The notes: a model not told the origin generated them from the letters alone. Counted from the first letter of the stretch, positions 53,736-63,999 are shown. The stretch is 64,000 nucleotides of DNA from an uncultured Clostridia bacterium (GCA_963558405.1 CAUWGC010000002.1:1-64000), one strand, 5' to 3'. Translations and numbers: made by a program.

Positions 53736-55385
53736 TTATAACTCCTCAATTTCGCTCCTGTAATAATACTCAGGCACATATATTATTTTTATATTATTTT
53801 CTATAAAACTATTTTCGACCTCTGAATCAAGTAGTATATCGCTAGAAATATATACTTTACTTATATCAGGTAAACTCCAATTTTTTATATCCGATAGGTC
53901 ATCTTCTTTTAAAATCAATTTTATTTTATTATTTATTCTAATATTATTTTCCAAAACAACTAATTCTTTTATATTATTTAAAAGTTCATCACTTAATTCA
54001 ATATCCTCGTTTTGTAAATGATATCGTTTTACATATTCAGTCGTATAATATTTTAAATTTGCTGGTATTCCTATATGATCTCCGTACCCTTTAATTACCT
54101 TTTCAATTCGCTTATATGTAATTTCTTCACAAATATTATTCTCATTGTTTGTACATAAAATAAATTTTCTGTTTTTTCCATCTTCCTTATTTTGTTCTAA
54201 CACAGCCTGAGCTGTTGTTCCACTTCCTGCAAAAAAATCTAAAACAGTTTCACTTTTTGTATGTTCTAATAGAAATCTTATTATTTCAACAGGTTTAGGA
54301 TTAGGAAAAACATCTTTTTTTTCAAAAATTTCCGTTAAGGTTTTAGTAGCATCGCCAGTTTCAGCTAAATCATATAAAATACTTCTACTTTTAATAATTT
54401 TATATTCATTTCCTGTATAATAAGTTTTTTCGTAAGGTATCCATCTATTGTTTTTTTCATCTTTATTCCAATAAATTAAATCATTCTTAATTAAATCTTC
54501 CATTCTATTTTTTCCAACTCTCCATCGACCATCTTGTCCATCTGGAGCAATGGGAAATAATTCATTATTATCAGGATCTAAAATGGAAAAATACATTGTT
54601 GGTCTATCTTCTCTATGAGCTGAACTCCCCCACTTTTCTAATTTTGTAATATTAAATTTTCCATTCTCATCTTCATATTTATAACTTTCATCTGTCTTTT
54701 GAACTTTTTTATCTATCCAATTAAACTTATCAGTTTTTCTGTATCCGAAAATATACTCGTGTTCAGTTACAAAGAACTCATCTGTTTGACCTCCACCATA
54801 TTTTTTTCTCCAAATCAGAGTTCCAATAAAATTATTTTCTCCAAATATATCATCACACAATAATTTTAATTGAGCAAACTCATTTTTATCTATACTAATA
54901 AAAATAACTCCATCATTTGATAATAGTTTTCTTGCTACATTTAATCGTTTTGCCATAAAAGAAATCCATTTTGAATGTCTATATCCATCATCTATTCCAA
55001 TTCTTTTATCATCATATATAAACTCTTTATTTTCTGTATTATATGGCGGATCTATATAGATAAAATCAATTTTACTTTTGTGTGTTTTTTCTAATAGATA
55101 CAAACTATGTAAATTATCGCCTTCAAGTAAAAAGTTAATATTATTATTTTTATCTGAACAAATTTCTTTTTCCTCTATTTCTCTAAAAACAGGAATATTT
55201 TTTTTCAGTTCTTCATCTACTTTTTCCTCGTGTTCTTCCCAAATAAGTCCATATTTTTTACTTTTAAGCTCTTTTTCAATTTCTGTAAGCTTAGCTTTTA
55301 TTTCTATATCTGTATTTCGTTCTTTTAAAAATTCTAAAGTTTCAATTAAACTATCTCTTTTTTGTTGGGATAAATTTGTACTCAT
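53736..55385 (-). CDS. Type III modification subunit Mod (N6-adenine methyltransferase)
   Basis: KYGLIWE, EGDNL, YIDPPYN, NPKP, LDFFAGSGTT. Confidence 0.9.
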   Translation of the reverse strand: MSTNLSQQKRDSLIETLEFLKERNTDIEIKAKLTEIEKELKSKKYGLIWEEHEEKVDEELKKNIPVFREIEEKEICSDKNNNINFLLEGDNLHSLYLLEKTHKSKIDFIYIDPPYNTENKEFIYDDKRIGIDDGYRHSKWISFMAKRLNVARKLLSNDGVIFISIDKNEFAQLKLLCDDIFGENNFIGTLIWRKKYGGGQTDEFFVTEHEYIFGYRKTDKFNWIDKKVQKTDESYKYEDENGKFNITKLEKWGSSAHREDRPTMYFSILDPDNNELFPIAPDGQDGRWRVGKNRMEDLIKNDLIYWNKDEKNNRWIPYEKTYYTGNEYKIIKSRSILYDLAETGDATKTLTEIFEKKDVFPNPKPVEIIRFLLEHTKSETVLDFFAGSGTTAQAVLEQNKEDGKNRKFILCTNNENNICEEITYKRIEKVIKGYGDHIGIPANLKYYTTEYVKRYHLQNEDIELSDELLNNIKELVVLENNIRINNKIKLILKEDDLSDIKNWSLPDISKVYISSDILLDSEVENSFIENNIKIIYVPEYYYRSEIEEL

Positions 55386-55504
55386 TAAAATTCCTCCATA
55401 TTCACATACAAAAATTCTATTTTAATTTATATCATAAAATTACTTTTTTCTCAATATTTTGACAGAAATTTTGGAAATAATAAATACCAGTATAATTACT
55501 GGTA

Positions 55505-56134
55505 CTATATGTTATATTCTTCAGATATTTTATTAAATTTTTCTAATAATTTATTATATTCTTCTCTTGAAACTCCTGTATCTTCCAAGGGTTTACAAAG
55601 TTTTAAATCTTCTTCATCCATTTCATCTTCATTTCTATAATATCTGATTAAATCTCCTTCAACAATATCAAATTCATAGTTAGTATAAATTTTATCTTTA
55701 AGTTCTATATCTAATTTATTTAATAGAATAATATCAGCATCATTTAAGTATTTCATTAAGTCTATAAATTCTTTGTTATGGTATTTTTCGCTCCATTCTT
55801 CATAGTTAAACCTATACATATATACTTCTTTTCTTACTATATCATAGTCATTATCAATATTAAAAAGTTCCTTAATACCTTTTTTTAAAATCTTTCCATT
55901 TTCTTCTGATAACCTATTACTTACCACAGCAAGATTTATTATTAAACATATATGATGATATGTTTCACAATCAAATATATCATCTATAATATAATTGACT
56001 ATTTCAAAACTAAATTCCTTTTCTAGTTTATCCTTTAATATTTTAAATTCTTTTCTTCTTTTCTCTATATATTTGATTTTACCTTTAGCACTTTCTACTT
56101 CATTTGATGAATAACCTTCAAAAAAGTTTTCCAT
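55505..56134 (-). CDS. Hypothetical protein
   Basis: Long ORF; AGGAG RBS supports a start at MENFF (56134). Confidence 0.65.
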   Translation of the reverse strand: MENFFEGYSSNEVESAKGKIKYIEKRRKEFKILKDKLEKEFSFEIVNYIIDDIFDCETYHHICLIINLAVVSNRLSEENGKILKKGIKELFNIDNDYDIVRKEVYMYRFNYEEWSEKYHNKEFIDLMKYLNDADIILLNKLDIELKDKIYTNYEFDIVEGDLIRYYRNEDEMDEEDLKLCKPLEDTGVSREEYNKLLEKFNKISEEYNI

Positions 56135-56203
56135 ACTAACTATAACTCCTTTTATATTTATTAATATATCTGTGCTGTATTTATTATTATAGCAAATTTT
56201 ATT

Positions 56204-56220
56204 TGTCGAAATCTGTCGAA
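56204..56220 (+). promoter_or_regulatory. Tandem Spo0A boxes
   Basis: TGTCGAA at 56204 and 56214 (10-bp spacing) in a divergent promoter region. Confidence 0.65.
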
Positions 56221-56308
56221 ACTTGTGCATTTTCATTTTTGTAAATACAGGCATTTATAATTATAACAAGTTTTTATTATAAAATCAATAGGTAGAGGAG
56301 ATGTCTAT

Positions 56309-56569
56309 ATGAATAATACAAGATCAAAAGAGGGCGAATTAAATGTAGTCGGCTCTAAGATAAAATATTATAGAGAATTAAATAACTTATCTTATCAAAA
56401 ATTATCAGATAAACTAATGTTATTAGGAATAGATATTCATAAACAAGCAATATATAATATTGAAATAGGTATTAGAACTGTTGTAGATTATGAACTTTGT
56501 GGATTTGCAAAATGTTTCAACATAACTGTAAATGATTTAACTGATGATTATTTTAAAAACTTAAAATAG
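56309..56569 (+). CDS. XRE-family HTH regulator
   Basis: NVVGSKIKYYRELNNLSYQKLS..IEIGIRTVVDYEL. Confidence 0.85.
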   Translation: MNNTRSKEGELNVVGSKIKYYRELNNLSYQKLSDKLMLLGIDIHKQAIYNIEIGIRTVVDYELCGFAKCFNITVNDLTDDYFKNLK

Positions 56570-56610
56570 AATGCTAGAGTCTTTTAAATAAGTTTACTCT
56601 AGCATTTTAC
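56570..56610. terminator. Bidirectional terminator
   Basis: AATGCTAGAGT / ACTCTAGCATT between convergent genes. Confidence 0.65.
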
Positions 56611-56722
56611 TTTTACTCTTTTTTCAATTTCACAAAATTACTTTTCACGATTTTATTTTTTCATAAATAATATTACTTTCTTTTACTCGTATCATAGTCC
56701 CCATATATGATACAAAATAATA

Positions 56723-56947
56723 TCATTTTTTATATAGCTTATCAAAAGCTATTTTCTCTTGTTCTTCCATAAAGTTGTCTATTACCTTTTTTCTAAAAAG
56801 AACTCTCCCACCCACTCTAAAATGAGGTATCTCATTCTTTCTTACTAGCTGACCTATAAGCCAATAAGAAATCCCCATATATTTCGCAGTTTCTTCCATA
56901 GTTAAGGTAGTTCTTTCTACTTTTTGATAATTCTCTAAATCTGGCAT
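56723..56947 (-). CDS. Excisionase-family HTH DNA-binding protein
   Basis: LTMEETAKYMGIS..IPHFRVGGRVLF; AGGAGG RBS. Confidence 0.82.
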   Translation of the reverse strand: MPDLENYQKVERTTLTMEETAKYMGISYWLIGQLVRKNEIPHFRVGGRVLFRKKVIDNFMEEQEKIAFDKLYKK

Positions 56948-57137
56948 AATCTCACCTCCTAGCAAAATTATACAAAGCAATTCTTATCAATCCAAAACCC
57001 TTTTTTTTAAAAAATTGCAAAAAAAATAAAGGGCAAAAGATTTTACTCTCTCGCCCTTCATTGTAGTAAAAAATAATTTATATAATATGAATTCATAAAT
57101 TATCTCTATTATATTTAATTTTTCTTAAAAGTCAACA

Positions 57138-60100
57138 CTAACAACCTGTTCTAGGAAGTTTTTGTGTTGTTTCTATTTCTTTTAAATAAGTTATTGTTTT
57201 CCAATCATCTTTATCTTCTACATAAATATCTTTATAGTTGCCTGATGCTTTTGTATGATTTACAAATATAAATCCATTTGGTAAATTATCTAACATATCA
57301 CAATATAATCTAGGTTTTTCAACTTCTTTAAAGTCTGATTTTACTGTTCCAAATCTGAATTGAAAATCTGTTATAAATTCTCCCTCTTTTAATGTTGCAT
57401 CTGTAAATTTAACTTCATTATTAACTAATGTACTCAAACCATCTTTTAGCATTATATAGTCATCACTTAAATTAGTTTTATACCATACAGAATATGTTAA
57501 ATCTTCATTCCAAGTTCCTGTATAAATTTTATTTGCTCTTAAAGCATTTGTAGGTAATGAATCACTCCAAGTGAAATTATCTAATGCTATGTTAGATTTA
57601 TTATGAATATTTGAAAAATCATAATATATGTTATCTTTATTTTGTGTTTCTATAAATCCTTTTTTAGTAACTTCAATATCAATATCTACATTATCATCTT
57701 CTACTTTTGCATCTACAATTTCTTGATGTTTTATTATTTCTGCCTCAAATATTTCATCTGTAAGTATATAGTAATCAGGGCTTTCTACTTCTTTTAAAGT
57801 ATATTTTCCTTTTAATAATTCTTTTGTTGTAGCCTCTCCGTTTTTATCTGTAAGTAAAGTATCTACTAAATTATTATTTTCATCATATACTTCAAATTTT
57901 GCATTTTCAAGTCTTGAACCTTTTACATCTCCATTGTATTTATTATCTTCTTTGCTTACCTTTATTACTCTGATATAGCCTTTTATTAGTTCGTTTTCAA
58001 AAGTTAAATTTGTAATTTGATCTTGTGTTAATGTTACTGTTTGCGGTATTTCATTTAACACATAATTTTCTAATGTTTTTGATTCTTGTACTGTGTATTT
58101 TTTATCTATTCTTAATCTTTTACTTGTAGCCTCTCCATTTTCATCTGTAATTAAAGTATCTACTAAGTTTTTATCTTCATCATATACTTTGAATTCTACA
58201 CCTTTTAGCTTAACCTCATTATTGTCTTTGTCAACTTTTATTACTTTGATTTGACCTTTCTTTAGTTCATTTTTAAAAGTTAAATCTGTAATTTGGTTTT
58301 GTGTTAATGTTACTATTTGTGGTATTTCATTTAACACATAATTTTCTAATGTTTTTGATTCTTGTACTGTGTATTTTTTATCTATTCTTAATCTTTTACT
58401 TGTAGCCTCTCCATTTTCATCTGTAATTAAAGTATCTACTAAGTTTTTATCTTCATCATATACTTTGAATTCTACACCTTTTAATTTTACCTCATTATTA
58501 TCTTGATCAACTTTTATTACTTTGATTTGACCTTTTTTTAATTCATTTGTAAAAGTAACTGTTTTAATTTGTTCTGCCTCTAACACTACTGTTTGTGTCG
58601 TTTCATTTAATACATAATTTTGTAAAGTTTCTTTTTCTCTAATTGTTAATTTTGAATAATCTCTTATTGCATATCTTGATGTATAAGCTTCTCCGTTTTC
58701 ATCTGTTGTTATTGTTTCTAAAACTTTTCCGTTTTCATCTAAAACATCAAATTTTACTCCTTGTAGTTTTACTTCTTTATTGTCTAAATCAATTTTTATA
58801 ACTTTTACTTGACCTTTCTTCAATTCATTTTCAATAGTATTTTCTTCAGTTGTATTCCATTTAACTTCAACAGTTGTATCTTCTGCAAGATTATACCATT
58901 TTCCTGTATTTTTTTCGATTAGTTTATAACTTCCTGTTCTTAGGTTTTTTATGCTTATTTCTCCATTAACATCAGTTGTATATGTTCCAATTACTCTTTG
59001 AAATTCCTCTGAATATAAATCAAATTGTACATTTCCTAGTGCTATTTTGTGATTATCTTTATCTACTTTATATATTTTCAAATTTCCTTTTTTATGATCA
59101 TTTGTTATATTTTGATTAGTAGATTTGTTATACTCTACATTTACATCAAAAGTAGCTTTATTTATAACATAATTATCATTTGTAGAAATTTCTTTTAATT
59201 TGTAATTGCCCTGATATAGTCCACTAAATGTTGCTATACCATTTAAATTTGTAGTAGCATTTGCGACTACTGTTCCATCTGCTTTTGTTAATTGAAATGT
59301 TACACCTGCGATTGGTTTTGATGTTTCACTATCTGTTTTATTTATTTGTAATTTTCCTGTATTAGTTTTAATGTTAAGAGTAGCACGACCAACACCATCT
59401 CCAAAAGGATCATAAGTTAGTGCATAGTTTTGAGTACCTTCTGTTCTAGTTTTACCATAAAATACAGGATATGTTTTACATTTACCTTGCACATTGATTA
59501 TAGCATTTGAAATATCTTGTACCATTTGAGATTTAGGTATTTTTACATACATACTTTCATTTCCATTAAATGAATTTGTTTGGATACCGTTTGAATTAGT
59601 TATAATAGTTCCTTGTGGTAAGTTAGCAGTAGCTGTAATTGTATAATTTGTCATCTCTACTGTACTTGAAACATTTATTTTTTGAGTATAGTAATTCCCA
59701 TCCTCATATAAATTGCCTGAATTAGATAATGTTATATTAGGATCTGAAGGCATTTGACTACCATTTCTTCCTATGTTTACCATATTAACTATTGCATTTT
59801 TAATAGCATCGCCTCTAGCATCTGCTCCTTGATTTGCTCCTCTAAATCTAGTTACTGGATCAAAGTTATATAAAATGCAATATACTGCTTGTTTAGTAGC
59901 TTGAAAAGCCTCTAAATCATTTGCAACTCCCAATTCACTTGCTGATTTATAAGGAAATCCATTTATAATTGTTCTCCATATTCTAACATCTCCTAAAACA
60001 TCAGTAACACTAGCATTTACATCAACAGTATATCCATCTAGCTCCCCAACACCTGGATGTTCTCTATTTACACAATAAGCAGGATATTCTTTTCCACCTT

Positions 60101-60305
60101 CACTATATGTAGTATAAGTGGTTGTAATATAATACCAAGCATTTTTTGCCTCATTCCAATATTGTAAATGGTATTCCACATCTCCTCTATTTTGAATATT
60201 TGCTGAACTAATCTCTGTTGCAAATACACTAGGGTTTATTGTAGAAAATAATGTTAATACTAACATTAGCATTGCTAAAATTCTTTTACTTTTTACTTTT
60301 ATCAT
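57138..60305 (-). CDS. Thioester-domain adhesin with SpaA/CnaB repeats, ending in a bare LPRTGC
   Basis: Signal peptide; AYCVN and ATKQAVY (Cys-Gln thioester pattern); repeated KG(Q/N)xKxxKxD..TFxNE domains; ends KLPRTGC-stop. Confidence 0.85.
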   Translation of the reverse strand: MIKVKSKRILAMLMLVLTLFSTINPSVFATEISSANIQNRGDVEYHLQYWNEAKNAWYYITTTYTTYSEGGKEYPAYCVNREHPGVGELDGYTVDVNASVTDVLGDVRIWRTIINGFPYKSASELGVANDLEAFQATKQAVYCILYNFDPVTRFRGANQGADARGDAIKNAIVNMVNIGRNGSQMPSDPNITLSNSGNLYEDGNYYTQKINVSSTVEMTNYTITATANLPQGTIITNSNGIQTNSFNGNESMYVKIPKSQMVQDISNAIINVQGKCKTYPVFYGKTRTEGTQNYALTYDPFGDGVGRATLNIKTNTGKLQINKTDSETSKPIAGVTFQLTKADGTVVANATTNLNGIATFSGLYQGNYKLKEISTNDNYVINKATFDVNVEYNKSTNQNITNDHKKGNLKIYKVDKDNHKIALGNVQFDLYSEEFQRVIGTYTTDVNGEISIKNLRTGSYKLIEKNTGKWYNLAEDTTVEVKWNTTEENTIENELKKGQVKVIKIDLDNKEVKLQGVKFDVLDENGKVLETITTDENGEAYTSRYAIRDYSKLTIREKETLQNYVLNETTQTVVLEAEQIKTVTFTNELKKGQIKVIKVDQDNNEVKLKGVEFKVYDEDKNLVDTLITDENGEATSKRLRIDKKYTVQESKTLENYVLNEIPQIVTLTQNQITDLTFKNELKKGQIKVIKVDKDNNEVKLKGVEFKVYDEDKNLVDTLITDENGEATSKRLRIDKKYTVQESKTLENYVLNEIPQTVTLTQDQITNLTFENELIKGYIRVIKVSKEDNKYNGDVKGSRLENAKFEVYDENNNLVDTLLTDKNGEATTKELLKGKYTLKEVESPDYYILTDEIFEAEIIKHQEIVDAKVEDDNVDIDIEVTKKGFIETQNKDNIYYDFSNIHNKSNIALDNFTWSDSLPTNALRANKIYTGTWNEDLTYSVWYKTNLSDDYIMLKDGLSTLVNNEVKFTDATLKEGEFITDFQFRFGTVKSDFKEVEKPRLYCDMLDNLPNGFIFVNHTKASGNYKDIYVEDKDDWKTITYLKEIETTQKLPRTGC
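57985..58557 (-). repeat. 276-bp near-identical tandem duplication (92-aa CnaB domain)
   Basis: GTGTTAATGTTACT at 58025 and 58301; the two protein repeats are almost identical. Confidence 0.85.
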
Positions 60306-60359
60306 TTTATCAATTCCTTTCCATAAAAAAAGACACTTGAAAAAGTGCCTAATTAAATA

Positions 60360-60551
60360 TTATTCATTATCTTTGTATTCTGAAAATTCAACTCCTTTGA
60401 AGTCATTTTCATCTAATACATATTCTTCTTTTTTATATTTTTCTTTTGTTATTTCAATTGCTTGTTCAATATTCTCAGCTTCAATTTCAACGACTCTTTG
60501 TAGCAATTCCTCAATTTCAATTTTGTAAATTCTTTTCATACTCACTTCCAT
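60360..60551 (-). CDS. DpnD/PcfM-family small protein
   Basis: YKIEIEELLQRVVEIEAEN..AI..Y..EEYVLD..DF. Confidence 0.75.
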   Translation of the reverse strand: MEVSMKRIYKIEIEELLQRVVEIEAENIEQAIEITKEKYKKEEYVLDENDFKGVEFSEYKDNE

Positions 60552-61250
60552 CTATATTAAATAACATTCTGTTGTTATATATTGTCCATTATTATAATAA
60601 TCTCTTGCATATATTCTGATTGTTCCAAATTTATATTTAATTTTATCAATTACCCTTTGTTCAGTATATGTAAATTGAGAAGTTAATTCAACAATAGAAC
60701 TATCTACAACAATGTTATATCCATATAATTTCATATCTTCACTTTGATTATTATTTATAATATTTTTAATAGAGTTAATCATAGCATCATTAGTTTTATA
60801 TTCCTCTCCTTTAATTACAAGCTCTTCTTTTACAACTTCTTGCTTAGTTGTTTCAGGTTGTATTTGTATGGATTCTTCTTTTGTTTGTTGTGGTGTATTG
60901 TTATTATTTTTATTTTCTGTACTTTCCTGTTTTACTTCTGCAATAGGTTGTTCTTGAACAGTTGTAACTTGTGGAGTAGAAATCTTATTTTGTTTTACTT
61001 CAGTTATATTACTTTTGGCTGGAGTCTTTTCGATATTTTTTTCTTGTGTTTGTTCAATTTTTTCATATACAATCATACTTTCATCTGAAGTATATATTTG
61101 ACTTGTACTTTCCACATTTTCAACTATATTTTGTAGATTATTATTATCAATAATTTCATTTTTAGGATTTGTACTTTTATAGGTCATATAATTGGATAAT
61201 ATAGAAGTTCCAAATACAATAAATAAGATTAAAAAAACATATTTTTTCAT
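60552..61250 (-). CDS. Secreted or membrane-anchored hypothetical protein
   Basis: N-terminal hydrophobic helix, Q/E/T-rich linker, compact C-terminal domain. Confidence 0.65.
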   Translation of the reverse strand: MKKYVFLILFIVFGTSILSNYMTYKSTNPKNEIIDNNNLQNIVENVESTSQIYTSDESMIVYEKIEQTQEKNIEKTPAKSNITEVKQNKISTPQVTTVQEQPIAEVKQESTENKNNNNTPQQTKEESIQIQPETTKQEVVKEELVIKGEEYKTNDAMINSIKNIINNNQSEDMKLYGYNIVVDSSIVELTSQFTYTEQRVIDKIKYKFGTIRIYARDYYNNGQYITTECYLI

Positions 61251-61318
61251 AACAGATCATCTCCTTAATATCATTATAAAACGATTTAAAAGACAATCCA
61301 AAACCCTTTTTAATATTT

Positions 61319-61918
61319 TTATTGTCCGTAGTCCATACCTTCAGAAGATTCTATTGCTTGAACACAAAGTCTTTTTTCTTTTTGCCCTGCAACACAAGTA
61401 ATAAGTGTAATTCTATTATCTTCGGTTTTCTGTAAATATGACCAATCTTCTTCATCAATTATCTTTTTTACAGTTACTACATATCTTTTAGTACCATAGT
61501 TTGTTTGATAATATATTTCACTACCAATTTTTATTTTCTTTAAATTCTTAAAAAAGTCGCCTTTATTTCCTGAATTATGAGAGGCTAAACCAACATTTCC
61601 CTCATAAATAGAAGTAGAAGGAAAATGACCTATTGTTTCAGATAGTGTAGATAATTCAACACTTTCTCTGATAGGTACATTATCAAGTAAAATATCAGGA
61701 ATTGTAAGTGTTCCTATTTCATCATCATAATGAATAATAATCTGCTCAATATCCTCAATAGGTGTATCATCTAAATCTATATTATCGCCAACAACTATAT
61801 TTTCAGCATCTTTATTTGCTTTATATACAGGATATTTAATTACAAAAAAAATAACTCCAACAAGAGTTATAATAGCAACTAAAATTATCGCAATTAAAAA
61901 TTTATTTTCTTTTTCCAC
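61319..61918 (-). CDS. Class D-like sortase
   Basis: N-terminal TM; GNVGLASHN (His), ITLITC (Cys), KRL (Arg); GTG start with AGGAGG RBS. Confidence 0.9.
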   Translation of the reverse strand: MEKENKFLIAIILVAIITLVGVIFFVIKYPVYKANKDAENIVVGDNIDLDDTPIEDIEQIIIHYDDEIGTLTIPDILLDNVPIRESVELSTLSETIGHFPSTSIYEGNVGLASHNSGNKGDFFKNLKKIKIGSEIYYQTNYGTKRYVVTVKKIIDEEDWSYLQKTEDNRITLITCVAGQKEKRLCVQAIESSEGMDYGQ

Positions 61919-61928
61919 TTTTTGCCTC

Positions 61929-63014
61929 CTAAATTCTAGTTTCAAATATATATTTTTCATCATTAGTATTGACTAACATTTTAATATTTGTATTACCTTT
62001 TTTAACAGTTATCATTTTTCCTTGCATTTTATCTGTTAATTTTTTAGAAAATTCTAATTTGTATTTATTAGTTGTTTCAAATAATGAATATTTAGTTAAA
62101 TTGATTATATTATTTCTATTCATTAGTGTTTTACCAACTTTTACATATTCGCCATCTTTATAGTTATATACTGTTACATTTCTAGTAAAGAAAAATAGAA
62201 TTACTAATATAATTCCAGTAGTACCTCCTGCAATAGGTAGTAAATTATCCTCTTTTTCTTCAATAGTTTCAGGTATAGGATCAGACTTTTCTTCTTCAAC
62301 TTTATTATATTTAACTGTATAAATATATGGACTTTCTACTGTTTTTGTTGCTGTCCCTGAATATTCAGCAGTTACACTATAGGTATTAGGATAATCAATT
62401 CTTTGTTTACCTGCATAGTAACATTTTGCTGTATATAAATTTGCAACTTCATATTCGCCAATCATTTTAGTAGTTTCAACTTCCCATTCAACATTTAATA
62501 GATTTAAAGTTAATCCATTTTTAACTGTTTGCTTAGGTATAAAATCTAAGTCATTTCTTTCTAGGTTAGTGTAATTTATTGTTTCTTCTATTAAATCTTC
62601 TCTAAAGCCATTGTAGTTCGTTTTAATTTGTATATTTTGAGTGTTTAATAGATATTCTCCAATATATCCATCTTTTTCATAACTAATAGTTGTCCCTAAT
62701 TGATTTATTATACTTTCTAAGTTATTTGTTTTACTTGTTATTTTTTTAGTTGTAGTTATATCAATAGTATCTGTCATAGATCCTCCTTCAGAAGTATAAC
62801 TATCAAAAGTATATTTATCTCCAAAAACTTCAATATCTTTTTCTAAATTTTCTATAAAAGTATTTTGTTCATCTTTTTGTACTAAATATGTTATATAACA
62901 ATTTAATTTATTATCAGTAACATTTGTGTTATCTAGCGTTACTGCAAAACAATTTGTAGCAGTAAGTAAAGTGCAAAAACTACATACTGCAAATATTCTT
63001 TTTATTAACTTCAT
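61929..63014 (-). CDS. Exported membrane-anchored protein
   Basis: Signal peptide, beta-rich ectodomain, LPIAG followed by a TM helix, ~85-aa cytoplasmic tail. Confidence 0.65.
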   Translation of the reverse strand: MKLIKRIFAVCSFCTLLTATNCFAVTLDNTNVTDNKLNCYITYLVQKDEQNTFIENLEKDIEVFGDKYTFDSYTSEGGSMTDTIDITTTKKITSKTNNLESIINQLGTTISYEKDGYIGEYLLNTQNIQIKTNYNGFREDLIEETINYTNLERNDLDFIPKQTVKNGLTLNLLNVEWEVETTKMIGEYEVANLYTAKCYYAGKQRIDYPNTYSVTAEYSGTATKTVESPYIYTVKYNKVEEEKSDPIPETIEEKEDNLLPIAGGTTGIILVILFFFTRNVTVYNYKDGEYVKVGKTLMNRNNIINLTKYSLFETTNKYKLEFSKKLTDKMQGKMITVKKGNTNIKMLVNTNDEKYIFETRI

Positions 63015-63025
63015 TTTTTTACCTC

Positions 63026-63253
63026 CTAAAATATATTTATTATTCCAAATTTATTAGCAAGATAAGTAGCTCCAATGGAGCATAAAATTATAATGCCTAA
63101 ATAGAATAAAATATTAAATATTCTTGATAAAATATTAAATAAAAAAAGTAGTGCCTTTAGAACTGAATTCTGTTCATTGACAACTACTTGTTCTTCGTAT
63201 TTTTCTTTGATTTTTTGTTTTTTTAAATATTCTTTATATAAATTTTTCCTCAT
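63026..63253 (-). CDS. Small membrane protein
   Basis: Basic N-terminus plus a long hydrophobic segment; coupled to the upstream gene. Confidence 0.65.
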   Translation of the reverse strand: MRKNLYKEYLKKQKIKEKYEEQVVVNEQNSVLKALLFLFNILSRIFNILFYLGIIILCSIGATYLANKFGIINIF

Positions 63254-63999
63254 TATTTACCTCTTTTCAGAAAACTGAACAAACCTTTATTTTCAACTAC
63301 TTCAAGTTTATTAGATTTTTCAGAAATGTAATCCTTAAATATTTCGTGATATATTCCTGTATTTATACTGCTATTAAAAGTATCTGTTGTAAATTCAGAA
63401 AAATATATATGTTTTATATATGATTTTAAAATCTTTCTAAATTTTGCTTTTTCCTCATTACTAGAAAAATTAAATATATAATTTACTTCAGGTATTTTTT
63501 CTAACAAACTTAAAACTCTAAATGTTTCATCTGTTTCCCAAGCCTTAGTACCACCAACTATAATTTTTACTTCTTTTGATAAAAAATTATCTAAAATATT
63601 TTCATTTAGAATTCCATAATCATATATGTAAAAATCATAGCCATATTGCATAGCATCAATTTTATTGTCATTACTATAAAGATCAATACCTTTATAAGAA
63701 TATAAACCATCTTTTTTTACCACACCATCTAAGGTTTCTATATTTTTAATTTCATCTTTATCTGTTGCACAAATATAACAAGCATTCATATTAAGACTTT
63801 TTAGAAACATTGTTATTAAAATTGCTTGTGTAGTAACTCCTATATGTTTTTCAGTTCCTGCAACAGCGATATTTACAAATTGTTTTAATGTTTTATATTC
63901 TTTCTTTATAATTATTTTGTTTTTCTTTCCACCTTCGATTTTCTGCCTAAATCTGACAGCATCTTTATACTGGCACCCTTCATCACTTAAACATTTCTT
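63253..63999 (-). CDS. Degenerate P-loop (ParA/MinD/CpaE-like) protein, 5' end outside the window
   Basis: Frame is open to the window edge; IAVAGTEKHIGVTTQA deviant Walker A, YIYDYG Walker B-like. Confidence 0.55.
   Translation of the reverse strand, partial: KKCLSDEGCQYKDAVRFRQKIEGGKKNKIIIKKEYKTLKQFVNIAVAGTEKHIGVTTQAILITMFLKSLNMNACYICATDKDEIKNIETLDGVVKKDGLYSYKGIDLYSNDNKIDAMQYGYDFYIYDYGILNENILDNFLSKEVKIIVGGTKAWETDETFRVLSLLEKIPEVNYIFNFSSNEEKAKFRKILKSYIKHIYFSEFTTDTFNSSINTGIYHEIFKDYISEKSNKLEVVENKGLFSFLKRGK

Noticed and set aside
46227-60322. Identical GAAAGGAATTGATAAAA leaders before the 72-aa ORF and the adhesin gene
   Set aside because: Adequately explained as a shared strong ribosome-binding context.
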